Source: Candidatus Iainarchaeum sp. (GTDB lineage: Archaea > Iainarchaeota > Iainarchaeia > Iainarchaeales > JAZDDZ01). Taken from it: DNA of 34,873 nt. Location: contig JAZDDZ010000027.1 in NCBI GenBank assembly GCA_043809245.1, positions 1-34,873 on the forward strand, written 5' to 3'. Shown one piece after another: positions 15,794 through 25,490 of this stretch. The notes under the pieces were generated by a model. That model had not been told where the DNA came from and did no database searches. It saw only the letters and a list, made by a program, of their open reading frames with translations. Position 1 is the first letter of the stretch. Each line of letters opens with the position of its first letter. The translations under genes and the position numbers were made by a program.

Positions 15794-16485
15794 GGGTGAT
15801 TTTTTTGCAATCTGTTTTGAATTTTCCAAAAGCTGAAAATGAAAAAGTAAAGGCATTCCTTTCCTCTTTCGGCTGCTTGCCTGTGACAAGCCCTCACATG
15901 GAATGCAGGGCGAAAATAAATGATTGCGCGGTAACGCTTTACTCCAATGGAAAAATTGTTTTGCAGGGAAAAGGCGTTGAAGAGGCAAAGGAAAAGCTTT
16001 TGCAGGCGCTTAACTCCGCGCCTGAACTGGTTTTGGGCTTTGACGAAACAGGAAGAGGCGAGGCATTCGGCCCAATGGTGATTTCTGCTGTGCTTGGGGA
16101 TACCAATCGCCTGAGGGAATTGCGCGACAGCAAGAAAACCAACAAGATTGCGGAAAAGCATGCGATTGCTTCCAAAAATTCCCTGGCTCAGGCAAGCGTT
16201 TCACTGAACGCGGAAATGATTGACTCCTTGCGCGCAAATGGCCTGAATTTAAACGAAATTGAGGCAAAGGCAATCGACAAGCTGATTGAACTTTTCGCGG
16301 AATTGGGTGTCAAGGCAGTGGTGAAAGTTGACGGTTCCGCGCTGAAACTGAAAAACAAGGTCGAATTCATTGTGAAAGGCGATGACTTGGAGCCAGTCAT
16401 CGGTGCTGCATCCGTTGAAGCGAAATTTTTAAGGGACAATTCGGCTGATGCGGCTAAGAGGAAGAGCTGGAATTTAAAGAAATAG
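15790..16485 (+). CDS. rnhC: Type 2 ribonuclease H with N-terminal TBP-like domain (RNase HIII-like)
   Basis: VTLYSNGKIVLQG N-domain; GFDETGRGEAFGP, RDSKK, VDG, KGDD, AASVEAK. Confidence 0.8.
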   Translation: MRVIFLQSVLNFPKAENEKVKAFLSSFGCLPVTSPHMECRAKINDCAVTLYSNGKIVLQGKGVEEAKEKLLQALNSAPELVLGFDETGRGEAFGPMVISAVLGDTNRLRELRDSKKTNKIAEKHAIASKNSLAQASVSLNAEMIDSLRANGLNLNEIEAKAIDKLIELFAELGVKAVVKVDGSALKLKNKVEFIVKGDDLEPVIGAASVEAKFLRDNSADAAKRKSWNLKK

Positions 16486-16486
16486 C

Positions 16487-17056
16487 TCATTTCTCAAAAA
16501 CAAGTATGTTTTTCTTCAGTTTTCCCGCTTCTTTTTTTGAAAGCTTTTTTTTCGTAACCTTCCCGCCGATTATTGCGCTTGCGCCGAATGGGTCAAGCAG
16601 TTTCACTGTTATTTTTTTCTTTCCCTCTTTTGCCATGAGGATTTCAGCCAGTTTTTTTTCAGCGTTTTTTTTCTTTGCGCCTTTCTCGCTTCTGGCAATG
16701 ATGCCAACAGCGTTTTCAATCCTTTCAAGCAAACCCTCAACGTTTGAAATGAAGCCCTCTGCTTTCGGCCCTGGAAAAATTTTGACGCCAAGCTCAGGCA
16801 CTTCAACTGTTGCGGAGCTGTTGCGAACGATTTTCGCGTAAATGTCTTTTGGCCCGGAAATTTTCTTGGAGAAAAGCATCGGGCCGCGGAGCTCCACGCT
16901 CATCACATCAGTCATGCGGTAGCCGCAGGAACTGCACTTGATTGTTGAAATCAGCACTTTTCCGAAGTTCGGCACTTCCTCAACGGTTTCAACCATTGAA
17001 GCCTTTGCCTTGCATTCAGGGCAGGCAATAAGCATGTGCTCGAATTGTGTGCCCAA
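16487..17056 (-). CDS. Archaeal ZPR1 zinc-finger protein
   Basis: CPEC...VPNFG...CSSCGYR; VPELGV...PGP...EGFISNVEG; DPFGASAI. Confidence 0.9.
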   Translation of the reverse strand: MGTQFEHMLIACPECKAKASMVETVEEVPNFGKVLISTIKCSSCGYRMTDVMSVELRGPMLFSKKISGPKDIYAKIVRNSSATVEVPELGVKIFPGPKAEGFISNVEGLLERIENAVGIIARSEKGAKKKNAEKKLAEILMAKEGKKKITVKLLDPFGASAIIGGKVTKKKLSKKEAGKLKKNILVFEK

Positions 17057-17071
17057 AAAAACCAGCCTTTT

Positions 17072-17494
17072 TCAGTTTGACCTGTAAATTATTTTATGGA
17101 GCTTTTTTTCCATTGTCCTGTCAGTTGAGCGCAATTTTTTAAGCTGCCTCTGCTTTCCGCTTAACTCGAACAAGACTTCCTTGATTCCCTGTATTTCAAC
17201 TTCCGCATTGGATTTGAATTTTTCAATCGATTCAAGCTTTTCACCAACATTTTCAGGCAGAGAGCTTTTAGCGGAAATCAAAACCCGTTCAAGCCTGTCA
17301 AGCCTTTCGTTCAAGAGGTTAATCTTATGCGAAACCGGCGCGGAGCCAAAGTCAATGAACTGGGATGCATCAAATTCCCCTGGAGCCTCTTTTCCTTTTT
17401 TTCCCTTTTTTGTCGCGTAAAGGAGCAGGTGCCCTGCAACTAGCGCCGCGACGAATATCAGGAGAAAAAAAGTAATTGTGCCCAAAAACATCAC
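17072..17494 (-). CDS. Membrane-anchored coiled-coil hypothetical protein
   Basis: N-terminal TM helix, helical C-terminus. Confidence 0.7.
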   Translation of the reverse strand: MMFLGTITFFLLIFVAALVAGHLLLYATKKGKKGKEAPGEFDASQFIDFGSAPVSHKINLLNERLDRLERVLISAKSSLPENVGEKLESIEKFKSNAEVEIQGIKEVLFELSGKQRQLKKLRSTDRTMEKKLHKIIYRSN

Positions 17495-17532
17495 CCTACA
17501 AAACTATTGCCTGAAAACGTTTTAAAACACTC

Positions 17533-18279
17533 TTACTCCAGCCCAAAAAGCCTTTTCGCGTTCTCAGTGGTTTTTTCCGCAACTTCTTTGGCGGAAACGC
17601 CTTTAAGTTCCGCGACCTTTTCAGCTATTTTTGGAATCCACGCAGGCACTGCGGTTTTTCCACTGAACCTAACAGGAGAATCGGTTTCAAGCAGCATTCT
17701 GTCCAAAGGCAATTCAATTGCAAGCTTTTGCGCCTGCGCGTCCGTGAAAACGCTTGGGCCGATTGAAGCAAAAAAGCCCAGCTTCAAAAGCCTTGGAAGT
17801 GTTTGCTCGGAGTTCTTGAACCAGTGCATTAAAACCTTTCCGCATTTTTCCCTTTCAAGCAATTCAATGCATTTGCTTTCAGCGAAACGCGAGTGAACAA
17901 TGAGTGGAAGGTTTTTTTCTTTTGCAAGCGCGATGAATTTGCCGAAAAAAGTCCCCTGCAGCGCTTTATCTTCCGCTGTTTTCGCGTGCTTGAAGTCAAG
18001 CCCTGTTTCTCCGACAGCCACGGCTTTTGAAATGTTTTCGTTAATCAGCTGCATGGCCTCCGCTTTTTCCGCTTCATTCATCCTCAGAAGGTCGCTTGGG
18101 TGCAGTGCAAGCGCTATCTTAACGCTTCCAAGAAGTTCAGCCAGTTGCAGGTTTTTTTTAACTGATTCAAGGTTGGTTGAACACGATATTATGTAGCCTA
18201 AGCCTTTTTCTTTTGCCTCTTTTGCAATTTTTTCCGGCTCTTCAAACCAGTCAAGATGGCAGTGCGAATCCACAAACAT
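17533..18279 (-). CDS. tatD: TatD family hydrolase/DNase
   Basis: DSHCHL, VGETGLD, VHSR, MHWF, LETDSP; ATG 18279 with RBS AGGTGA. Confidence 0.93.
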   Translation of the reverse strand: MFVDSHCHLDWFEEPEKIAKEAKEKGLGYIISCSTNLESVKKNLQLAELLGSVKIALALHPSDLLRMNEAEKAEAMQLINENISKAVAVGETGLDFKHAKTAEDKALQGTFFGKFIALAKEKNLPLIVHSRFAESKCIELLEREKCGKVLMHWFKNSEQTLPRLLKLGFFASIGPSVFTDAQAQKLAIELPLDRMLLETDSPVRFSGKTAVPAWIPKIAEKVAELKGVSAKEVAEKTTENAKRLFGLE

Positions 18280-18439
18280 GTTTTCACCTAAAAAAACGCA
18301 AGCATTTAAATCTTTTGTGGGAGAAAAGAGTATTAAAAGCGTGTTGAATGGTTGAAGCATTTAAAGGCAAAATAGGGGCAATGTTATTTATTCGTTCAAC
18401 AAGCTTTCAGATGGTTTTACTTGTTTAAGGCGTTAAAAG

Positions 18440-19612
18440 ATGGAAGAAGAAAAAGAAGCAGTGAAAGAGGCAGCGGTTGAGGAGAAATCCCCTGCGGCAA
18501 AGGAAAAGAAAATAAAGCAAAAGGAAAATTTCCTGCTTTCGGGCGTTCCATTGTATTTGCTGATTCTTTTTCTTGTGGTTGGATTGCTTGGCGGGTACGT
18601 TTTGAGGATGACAACTGAGGGGCCTGCTGTTGACGGCAACCAAAACCCGGATAACGGGAACACGCAGCCTAATCTTCCCACAATTAAGGCAACGCTTCTT
18701 TACTCTGATGAATGCACTGTGTGCGACAAAACCAATTCCCTGCTGTCAGTGCTTTCGCTGAATAAAATTCCTGTTGAACTGGATCAAGTCGAGGTTTCAA
18801 GCGACCAAGGCAAAAAGCTGGTGGCGCAGTTTAATGTCAGGTCTGTTCCGACTGTTCTTGTAGTCGCTTCAAGCGTTACAAGCGACTTTATGACAGTGAA
18901 CGACAGGGGAGAGGAAGTAAAATTCAAGGACGCCTTGGCGCAAACGCTTTACAAGGGGAATTACGTTGTCGAAGAGTATTACATTGACGGTTTGCCTCAT
19001 CCTAAAATGTTTTTGGCTAATCCCTCTCAGTCCTGTTCAGCCAGCGGGGGAAAGGCAAGGATTGACATTTTCTCTGATTTCTTTTCCGAGGAATCATACT
19101 CGTTATTCAAGGCTGCGGGGGCTTTAAAGGCAAAGCTCGGCCAGGAAATTGACATTAACATAAGGCATTTGGTGAAAAGCGGAACTCCCGCCGCAGTTAT
19201 AGCCAACGCCGCTGAATGTGCGCGCGACCAGGGGGAGTTTGACGAATTCACGCTGCTCGCGTTCGCGGAAAGGTTTGATAAGGTTGGCTCGCTTGAAGGC
19301 TTCAGGAATTCAAGCGACCTTAACGCCGGCTCTTATGTTATAACTGATGAAAACCTTTTTTATGCCAAACTAAACGAACTTGCCGAAAGCGCGGGAATGC
19401 CTGACTTGGGCAAGTTTTCCGCTTGCGCCCAAAACGGCGACCACATCGAGGAAATATTTACGGACGGCACTGACAGGAAAATGATTGACGCATTCGGCTT
19501 GGACTATGTGCCATCATTCGTTGTTGACTGCAAGTATGTCTTCATTGGCTCCGCCCAGGATTTATCCAAGCCAGTTTGTGACGCGCACCCCTCGCTTAAA
19601 GCCTGCTCTTGA
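18440..19612 (+). CDS. Membrane-anchored thioredoxin/DsbA-like protein
   Basis: N-terminal TM, CTVC + SVPT thioredoxin domain, second DsbA-like domain (AAECARDQG, VPSFVVD). Confidence 0.75.
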   Translation: MEEEKEAVKEAAVEEKSPAAKEKKIKQKENFLLSGVPLYLLILFLVVGLLGGYVLRMTTEGPAVDGNQNPDNGNTQPNLPTIKATLLYSDECTVCDKTNSLLSVLSLNKIPVELDQVEVSSDQGKKLVAQFNVRSVPTVLVVASSVTSDFMTVNDRGEEVKFKDALAQTLYKGNYVVEEYYIDGLPHPKMFLANPSQSCSASGGKARIDIFSDFFSEESYSLFKAAGALKAKLGQEIDINIRHLVKSGTPAAVIANAAECARDQGEFDEFTLLAFAERFDKVGSLEGFRNSSDLNAGSYVITDENLFYAKLNELAESAGMPDLGKFSACAQNGDHIEEIFTDGTDRKMIDAFGLDYVPSFVVDCKYVFIGSAQDLSKPVCDAHPSLKACS

Positions 19613-19613
19613 C

Positions 19614-20216
19614 ATGAACAGAAAAATTTTTTTCCGGAACCGCGAATTATCTGTTTTTGATTCTGTTTACGCTCCGCGCGAGGACTCTTTTCTTCTCGCG
19701 CAATCAGTTGAAGTCATGAAAGGCGCCAGCGTGCTTGACTTGGGCTGCGGCTCAGGCATTCAGGGCATTAATGCGCTTGCACTTGGCGCTGCAAAAGTTT
19801 TGTTTGCGGACTTGAATAAAAATGCGCTTGAGAACGCCTTGCTTAACGCGGAAAAACTCGGCTTTGCAGAAAAAGCAACTGCAAGGGAAAGCGATTTGTT
19901 TTCAAAAATTAATGAAAAATTCGACTGCATTATTTTCAATCCCCCCTACGTTGAAACTGAAAAAATTACCGAGGGAGAAAGGGATGTTGCGGGGGGAAGA
20001 AATGGAAGGGAAGTTCTTGACAGGTTTTTGGCTGAATTTCCCAGGCATCTTGCTGAAGGCGGCGCATGCTTTTTCCTACAATCGGATTTGAATGGCGTGA
20101 AGGAAACAGAGTCAGCACTTGAAAAGGCAGGGCTTTCCTTCAGTGTTATTGCAAGGAAGCGGATTTTTTTCGAGGAACTGCTTGTTTTTCGCTGCCTGCA
20201 AAGGAAACATTTTTAA
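19614..20216 (+). CDS. HemK2/Mtq2-like protein glutamine methyltransferase
   Basis: VYAPREDSFLL, LDLGCGSG, FNPPY, GGRNGREV. Confidence 0.9.
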   Translation: MNRKIFFRNRELSVFDSVYAPREDSFLLAQSVEVMKGASVLDLGCGSGIQGINALALGAAKVLFADLNKNALENALLNAEKLGFAEKATARESDLFSKINEKFDCIIFNPPYVETEKITEGERDVAGGRNGREVLDRFLAEFPRHLAEGGACFFLQSDLNGVKETESALEKAGLSFSVIARKRIFFEELLVFRCLQRKHF

Positions 20217-20217
20217 T

Positions 20218-20235
20218 AACTATAGCGCTATAGTT
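20218..20235. promoter_or_regulatory. vapBC operator palindrome
   Basis: Perfect 18-bp palindrome AACTATAGCGCTATAGTT between a TTTTAATA box and the antitoxin start. Confidence 0.75.
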
Positions 20236-20249
20236 TAATGGTGGTGTTT

Positions 20250-20459
20250 ATGGCAACTACGACAATTCAGGTTGAATATCCGACAAAGGAACTGCTCAAT
20301 GAATTAAAGAAAAATTCCAATTCAAAAACGTATGACGAGGTAATACAATTGCTGGTTAAAACCAAGACAAAGTCAATGTTTGGAAAACTCTCCAAGGGAA
20401 AGGCGGTTTCAGCGGCCGAAATGCTGAGAGGCATGCGTGACAAGTGTGACAGATTCTAA
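20250..20459 (+). CDS. vapB: VapB-like RHH antitoxin
   Basis: TTIQV...KTYDEVIQLL...SMFG; overlaps the downstream PIN gene. Confidence 0.8.
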   Translation: MATTTIQVEYPTKELLNELKKNSNSKTYDEVIQLLVKTKTKSMFGKLSKGKAVSAAEMLRGMRDKCDRF

Positions 20460-20832
20460 ACTGTTCTTGGATTCCAGCATCTGGCTTGGCTACTTTCTGG
20501 GCGCTTTTCCTGAATCGCGTGAATTGGTGGACTCTGAAAAAAACAGCCTTTTTACATCGGTTATTTCATTGCACGAGGTATTCAAAAAACTAAAAAAGCT
20601 CGGGAAAACGGAGGGGGCGGCAAACCAGGCAATAAATTTCATTGAAGAGAACAGCATAATAATAACATTGAACAAAAAAATTGTATTAACTGCGGCAGTA
20701 AACTGTGAAAGATACGGGTTGCACACAATCGATTCAATGATATATTCAAGTGCGGCTGAGGTTAACGCTTTATTTGTGACTGCTGATAATGATTTTAAGA
20801 AATGTCCGCGAGCAAAAATAATTGAAGCCTAG
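20437..20832 (+). CDS. vapC: VapC PIN-domain toxin
   Basis: LDSSIW, SLHEV, IDSMI, VTADNDF. Confidence 0.88.
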   Translation: MTSVTDSKLFLDSSIWLGYFLGAFPESRELVDSEKNSLFTSVISLHEVFKKLKKLGKTEGAANQAINFIEENSIIITLNKKIVLTAAVNCERYGLHTIDSMIYSSAAEVNALFVTADNDFKKCPRAKIIEA

Positions 20833-20837
20833 ATTCT

Positions 20838-21914
20838 GTGATTTTTATGCCTTCGAATGTTTCCGTTGAATACAGCAGGGCGCAGCAGAAGTACGCCGAG
20901 GCGCGCACAAATGCCGAAAAGCTTGCGGCATTGCAGGGAATGTGGAGCGTTGCCCCAAGCCATAAGGGCGCTGAAAACCTCCGCGCGGAAATAACGCGGA
21001 AAATGGCTGCTTTGCGCAAGCTGATTGAGAAGGAAAAGGCGCAGTCAAAGAAGAAGGGCAGCGCGCCAAGCATGCACGTGAAAAAAGAGGGCTGCGCGCA
21101 AGTGGTGCTTGTGGGGCTTCCCAATTCAGGCAAGAGCTCGCTTTTAAACAGCCTGACTGGAATCAATGCCGCTGTTGCGCCTTATCCTTTCACAACAATA
21201 AAGCCCGAGATTGGAATGATGAATTTTAAGGGCGCTTTGGTGCAGTTAGTAGAGGTGCCCGCAATAATTGAGGGAAGCGCGGGGGGAAGAGCGCAGGGAA
21301 CACAGCTTTTCTCTGTTATAAGGAATGCGGATGCAATTATTCTTGTTGTAAGGAACCCTGATGAGGAAAAAATCCTGTTGAATGAGCTTGGCAAGGCAGG
21401 CATTAAGGCAAACAAAAAAAGGCCCGCGATTCAGGTCAGGCCAGCGGAATTCAAGGGCATAACCATTGCGGGGAAAAGGTTCCTCAAAATGCCTGAAGCG
21501 GAATTCATTGAATTCCTGAAAGGATTGGGAATTCACAGCGCTTCGGTGCTATTGAACGAGCCAACTACTACTGAAAAGGTATTGGAGACGCTTGACGACA
21601 GCCTTGTTTACAGGAAAGCCTTGACAGTTAACCCCTTCATTGAAAAGGACATTCCATTGCTGAAGGAAAAGATTTTTGCATTGCTTGAAAGGATTCTTGT
21701 TTACACAAAAAAGCCGGGAAAGGACGCGGACATGAACGAGCCCCTTGCATTAAAAAAAGGCTCAACCGTTGAAAGCGTTGCAAAGCTGCTTCACAAGGAT
21801 TTTGCGCAGAATTTAAGGTACGTTAAGTTGTGGGGCAGCGGAAAGTTTCCCGCGCAAAGGGTTGCAAAGAATTACAGGCTGAAGGGCGGGGACATAATAG
21901 AGATTTATTCGTGA
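20838..21914 (+). CDS. DRG/OBG family GTPase with TGS domain
   Basis: HKGAE, GLPNSGKSS, YPFTT, C-terminal TGS (VYTK...LHKDF...LWG...GDIIEI). Confidence 0.9.
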   Translation: MIFMPSNVSVEYSRAQQKYAEARTNAEKLAALQGMWSVAPSHKGAENLRAEITRKMAALRKLIEKEKAQSKKKGSAPSMHVKKEGCAQVVLVGLPNSGKSSLLNSLTGINAAVAPYPFTTIKPEIGMMNFKGALVQLVEVPAIIEGSAGGRAQGTQLFSVIRNADAIILVVRNPDEEKILLNELGKAGIKANKKRPAIQVRPAEFKGITIAGKRFLKMPEAEFIEFLKGLGIHSASVLLNEPTTTEKVLETLDDSLVYRKALTVNPFIEKDIPLLKEKIFALLERILVYTKKPGKDADMNEPLALKKGSTVESVAKLLHKDFAQNLRYVKLWGSGKFPAQRVAKNYRLKGGDIIEIYS

Positions 21915-21921
21915 AATTCCT

Positions 21922-22803
21922 TTAAGCCCCTTTTTCTTCAAGCAGGCTTATCTTTTTAATTTCCTCTTTCCTGTTCTTGGCGTCCAGGTAAAGCCCCAGA
22001 GCCGCGAGAACAATTATTGCGCCTATAACCACCAGTACAAGCGAAGTGCGCTCCTGCACTCCTGCCTCAAAAGCCTTTTCAAGCACATGTTTTCCCCTTG
22101 AATCAGTGAACTCAATCTGCAGAACAATGTTTCTTTTTTCCGGCGACTCATTCAATGCAGTGAAGAAAACAGAGGCTTCCTTTACCAGCTGTTTTGGGGC
22201 AAGGGACTGCAGTGAAAAAACAGGGTCTGCAGGCGCAAAGTAATCGGTTTCCTCTATCTTTGCAGTAATATCTTTTGCCTCTTCGCTGCCATCGTTTGAT
22301 AGGCTGAGTGCAATCTCGCCTTTCTCCCCTTTGGAGAACATGGTTTTTTTCGGCGATGCGTTAAAGCTCAGGGGGCTTTCAATTGTCTGCAAAACCACTG
22401 ACGAGGAATTAGTGTAAGCGCCCAAGCCGAACTCTGCTGAAATCTTTGGAGGCACCCCCAAAGGCATTAATGCCTTTGCAAGAATTGTTTCATTCAATGA
22501 TTCCCCTGCATTCAGGGAAATTGGCTGGAAATCCCTTTCATTTAATTCAGTGTCGCCTTTTATTAGTGCGGCGCCTTCATTTGCTGTGAGGCGCAGCCAC
22601 AGATTGTCAATTGCCTCTCCCGAATTGTTTGAAATATTCAGGCTTAACTCAACTACCTCAAAAGGGTATGCTTCCGCAACCGTGTTGTTTTTTGGCTGGA
22701 TTGAAACCAATGGCAGCGCAGCGTTCACACAAAGCGATAAGAGCAATAAAGCCAAGGCAACAAATGCGGCTTTCTCAAATTTTTTTGTTCCATCCGTAAA
22801 CAT
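21922..22803 (-). CDS. Membrane-anchored protein with Ig/CARDB-like domains
   Basis: Signal-like N-terminus, ISN/LSN...SLxxG repeats, C-terminal TM helix. Confidence 0.7.
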   Translation of the reverse strand: MFTDGTKKFEKAAFVALALLLLSLCVNAALPLVSIQPKNNTVAEAYPFEVVELSLNISNNSGEAIDNLWLRLTANEGAALIKGDTELNERDFQPISLNAGESLNETILAKALMPLGVPPKISAEFGLGAYTNSSSVVLQTIESPLSFNASPKKTMFSKGEKGEIALSLSNDGSEEAKDITAKIEETDYFAPADPVFSLQSLAPKQLVKEASVFFTALNESPEKRNIVLQIEFTDSRGKHVLEKAFEAGVQERTSLVLVVIGAIIVLAALGLYLDAKNRKEEIKKISLLEEKGA

Positions 22804-24106
22804 CAACGGTTTCGCCCCCTTTTTCGTCTCCGCCCTGGCTGATTATTTTGTCCCTGTTGCGCCATACAAAAAGCAGGGCCAGAATTCCTGCAAGCACTGC
22901 CGCTATCTGCAAAAGCAAATCAGTTGAAAATACAGGGGGATTGTAAGGCTGGTTAAATCCGTCCTTGTAAGCATCCGTTGCATTGCTTAAGGCTTTTTTC
23001 CCGTATTCCTCTGCCTTGGCGTAATCGTTTTCCCTGAAATAGCTTTCCGCCTTGCCCCAGTTTGTTGAAAGCGCTGCAACTTTATCCTGGTTCACCCATA
23101 AATCCGCGTTTTCTTTCTGCAGCATGTGCGCGGCAAGCGCGCTAAGCGAAAGGAATTTGCTTGATGTAGCCTGCTTTACGTCCTTGTTATCGCGGTATAA
23201 GAGCTCGTATGCATTTGAGCGGTCAATCCGCAGGGAAATGTTTTCCGCAAAATTGATTATTGCCTCAAGGCTGATGTTGAAGGCTGAGTCAAGGCTCTGG
23301 CGGTTGTTGTTTGCAAGAGAGCTTTTCTTGGTTATGGTGTAAAGGTCTTCAGGGGGAGACGCAAGGCTAATCAGGTATCCTTTTTTGTCCGCGTCAATGT
23401 CAAGCTGTGTCAAGGCGTTCTTGAGCTTCTGCACTTCACCGTCATAATCGATTGCCTTTTCCTTCAGGGAATCAAGCGCGTCAAACGCGTCATAATAGCT
23501 TTTCTTCAGCTTTGAAAGGTCTTCGGTTGTGGGCGCCTTGAGGTATTTTCCCTCAAAGTTTATCGCGTCATTTACCTTGTCAGCGGTCTCAACTGAAAGG
23601 GATTCAAGCTCTGCAACCCTTGCCTGCATTGATGAAATGCTCGGGGAAATCGGCCCTGTCAGCTCTGATTCGATTGTTGAAAGGTGAATTTTTTCGTTGT
23701 CCAGTATTCTCGCAAAATCCGATAAAAAAGTTGCGTTCGAAAAAGTGAAGAACCACTGCCCCTGCGAAGTGAACTCGCTTCTTATTTTCACTATATTCCT
23801 TAACGCCAAATCAGTTTCAAACAACGGCTTGTTAATGGTTTGCTGCACTGGCACTTCCGGTGGCTGCGCGTCCTTTACCGCAATGAATCCAGTGGGAGTG
23901 TCGCCGCTTAAAATTGTTATGACCCAGTAATCTATTTTGTTGTTGCTTATTTTCACGTTTGGGGAGATTTCCGGGGTTTCCTTCGCAGCAGTGTCAAGGT
24001 AATTCTTCCCGACAACATAATCAATGGCTTCCTGTGATGAAACAAACGCGAAGGTTTCCGCTAAAAAGAGCAGCAAAAAAAATGCAATGAGGATTTTTTT
24101 AATCAT
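22775..24106 (-). CDS. Secreted helical protein with C-terminal membrane anchor
   Basis: Signal peptide MIKKILIAFFLLL, helical body, C-terminal TM. Confidence 0.75.
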   Translation of the reverse strand: MIKKILIAFFLLLFLAETFAFVSSQEAIDYVVGKNYLDTAAKETPEISPNVKISNNKIDYWVITILSGDTPTGFIAVKDAQPPEVPVQQTINKPLFETDLALRNIVKIRSEFTSQGQWFFTFSNATFLSDFARILDNEKIHLSTIESELTGPISPSISSMQARVAELESLSVETADKVNDAINFEGKYLKAPTTEDLSKLKKSYYDAFDALDSLKEKAIDYDGEVQKLKNALTQLDIDADKKGYLISLASPPEDLYTITKKSSLANNNRQSLDSAFNISLEAIINFAENISLRIDRSNAYELLYRDNKDVKQATSSKFLSLSALAAHMLQKENADLWVNQDKVAALSTNWGKAESYFRENDYAKAEEYGKKALSNATDAYKDGFNQPYNPPVFSTDLLLQIAAVLAGILALLFVWRNRDKIISQGGDEKGGETVDVYGWNKKI

Positions 24107-24190
24107 TATTTCCCTCGCAAGCTGTCAGTCTATAATCCTATTAATTAACTGGCTTCTTGAATTTAAACCTTTACATTTAAAGCATTCCTT

Positions 24191-24907
24191 ATGAACTCAT
24201 TCGTTGTGCTTTCCCGAACAGAGGGAGAGGAAAACATAGGCTTTGCAGCAAGGGCAATGAAAAATTTTGGCTTGGAGAAATTGGTTTTAGTCAACCCAAA
24301 GGCAAGCCATTTAAGCGGGCTTGCGAAAAGCAGGGCAATGCATGCAAAAGAAATCCTTGCAAATGCAAAAACCGTGAAAACGCTAAAGGAAGCGCTTAAG
24401 GCAGCGGATTTTTCAGTTGCGGTAACCGCAAGGCCTTTGCGTGCACGAAAAGGCATCAAGGGCTTTTCAACGCCAAAAGAGCTGGCGGAAAAATTTGTGG
24501 GAACAAATGCGTCTGTTGCGCTTGTTTTCGGAAATGAAAAAAACGGTTTGGGCGCTGAAGAAGTCGGGCAATGCGATTTCATGCTTTCAATTCCTTCCTC
24601 TAGAAAATATTTTTCCCTGAACCTTTCCCATGCTGTTGTAATTGTATTGTACGAGCTGTTTAAAGCCAAAAAAAGCGCTGAGCCGCGCGCGGAAAAAACC
24701 GCAAAGCGCAAAATAAAGCGGGCGCTTCTTGAACGGTTTTCGGATTTGGCTGATGCAAGCGGCAGCATTGATGACAAAAAAGAGGTCATGCGCTCATTCA
24801 AGGCATTGGTTGCAAGGTCGCCGATAACGGAAAAAGAGGCAAAGGCTGTTCTCGCTGTTTTAAGCGAGGCGGGAAAAAGCCTGGCTTTGCGGAAAGGAAA
24901 AAGTTAA
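24191..24907 (+). CDS. trmJ: SPOUT RNA methyltransferase, TrmJ family
   Basis: NIGFAARAMKNFG, VFGNEKNGL, SLNLSHAV. Confidence 0.9.
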   Translation: MNSFVVLSRTEGEENIGFAARAMKNFGLEKLVLVNPKASHLSGLAKSRAMHAKEILANAKTVKTLKEALKAADFSVAVTARPLRARKGIKGFSTPKELAEKFVGTNASVALVFGNEKNGLGAEEVGQCDFMLSIPSSRKYFSLNLSHAVVIVLYELFKAKKSAEPRAEKTAKRKIKRALLERFSDLADASGSIDDKKEVMRSFKALVARSPITEKEAKAVLAVLSEAGKSLALRKGKS

Positions 24908-24935
24908 ATAACCTGTCCATTGTATTTTTTATTGC

Positions 24936-25490
24936 ATGCTTGAAAAGCTTATTTCTCGCACGGAAGCGCTTATCGCGGCTTTCCGTGAAAACAATGTAAT
25001 TGACTTAAAGCATTTGGCGAATGACTGCATTGAGGACGCGGCAATGCAAAACGACGAATTGTTTGCACAGCTTTCCCTTATCGCTTATTCTTTGAACAAG
25101 CTTTCCTCAAAGGACCACATTGTGAGGAACGCAAAATGGGGTTCCGCGAAAAACGCAATCCTCGGCTTGCTGGAGAAATGCATTGCTTTCCTTAAGGCAA
25201 AGAAAATCAGGGAATTCAAGGCCGAATTGCAGGGCGTAAGCGACAAGGTTCGCGGAATTGATGAAACCCTTGGGCATTACGTTGAAAATGTTTTTGACAA
25301 GGCGCGCGTAAAGCAGGCTTCAACCGCTTACGCTTTTGGCTTAAGCCTCAGCTCTGCCGCGGGATTGACTGGCGCTGACAAAAAAGAGCTGCTGAATTAC
25401 ATTGGCACCACGAAAATCCACGACGAGCAGGAAGAAGGCGCGGGCATTGAATCAAGGTTAAAGGTTTTGAGGCAGATTTTTCAGCATTGA
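24936..25490 (+). CDS. Helical hypothetical protein
   Basis: 184-aa ORF with GLSLSSAAGLTG HTH-like end; overlaps the next gene. Confidence 0.75.
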   Translation: MLEKLISRTEALIAAFRENNVIDLKHLANDCIEDAAMQNDELFAQLSLIAYSLNKLSSKDHIVRNAKWGSAKNAILGLLEKCIAFLKAKKIREFKAELQGVSDKVRGIDETLGHYVENVFDKARVKQASTAYAFGLSLSSAAGLTGADKKELLNYIGTTKIHDEQEEGAGIESRLKVLRQIFQH

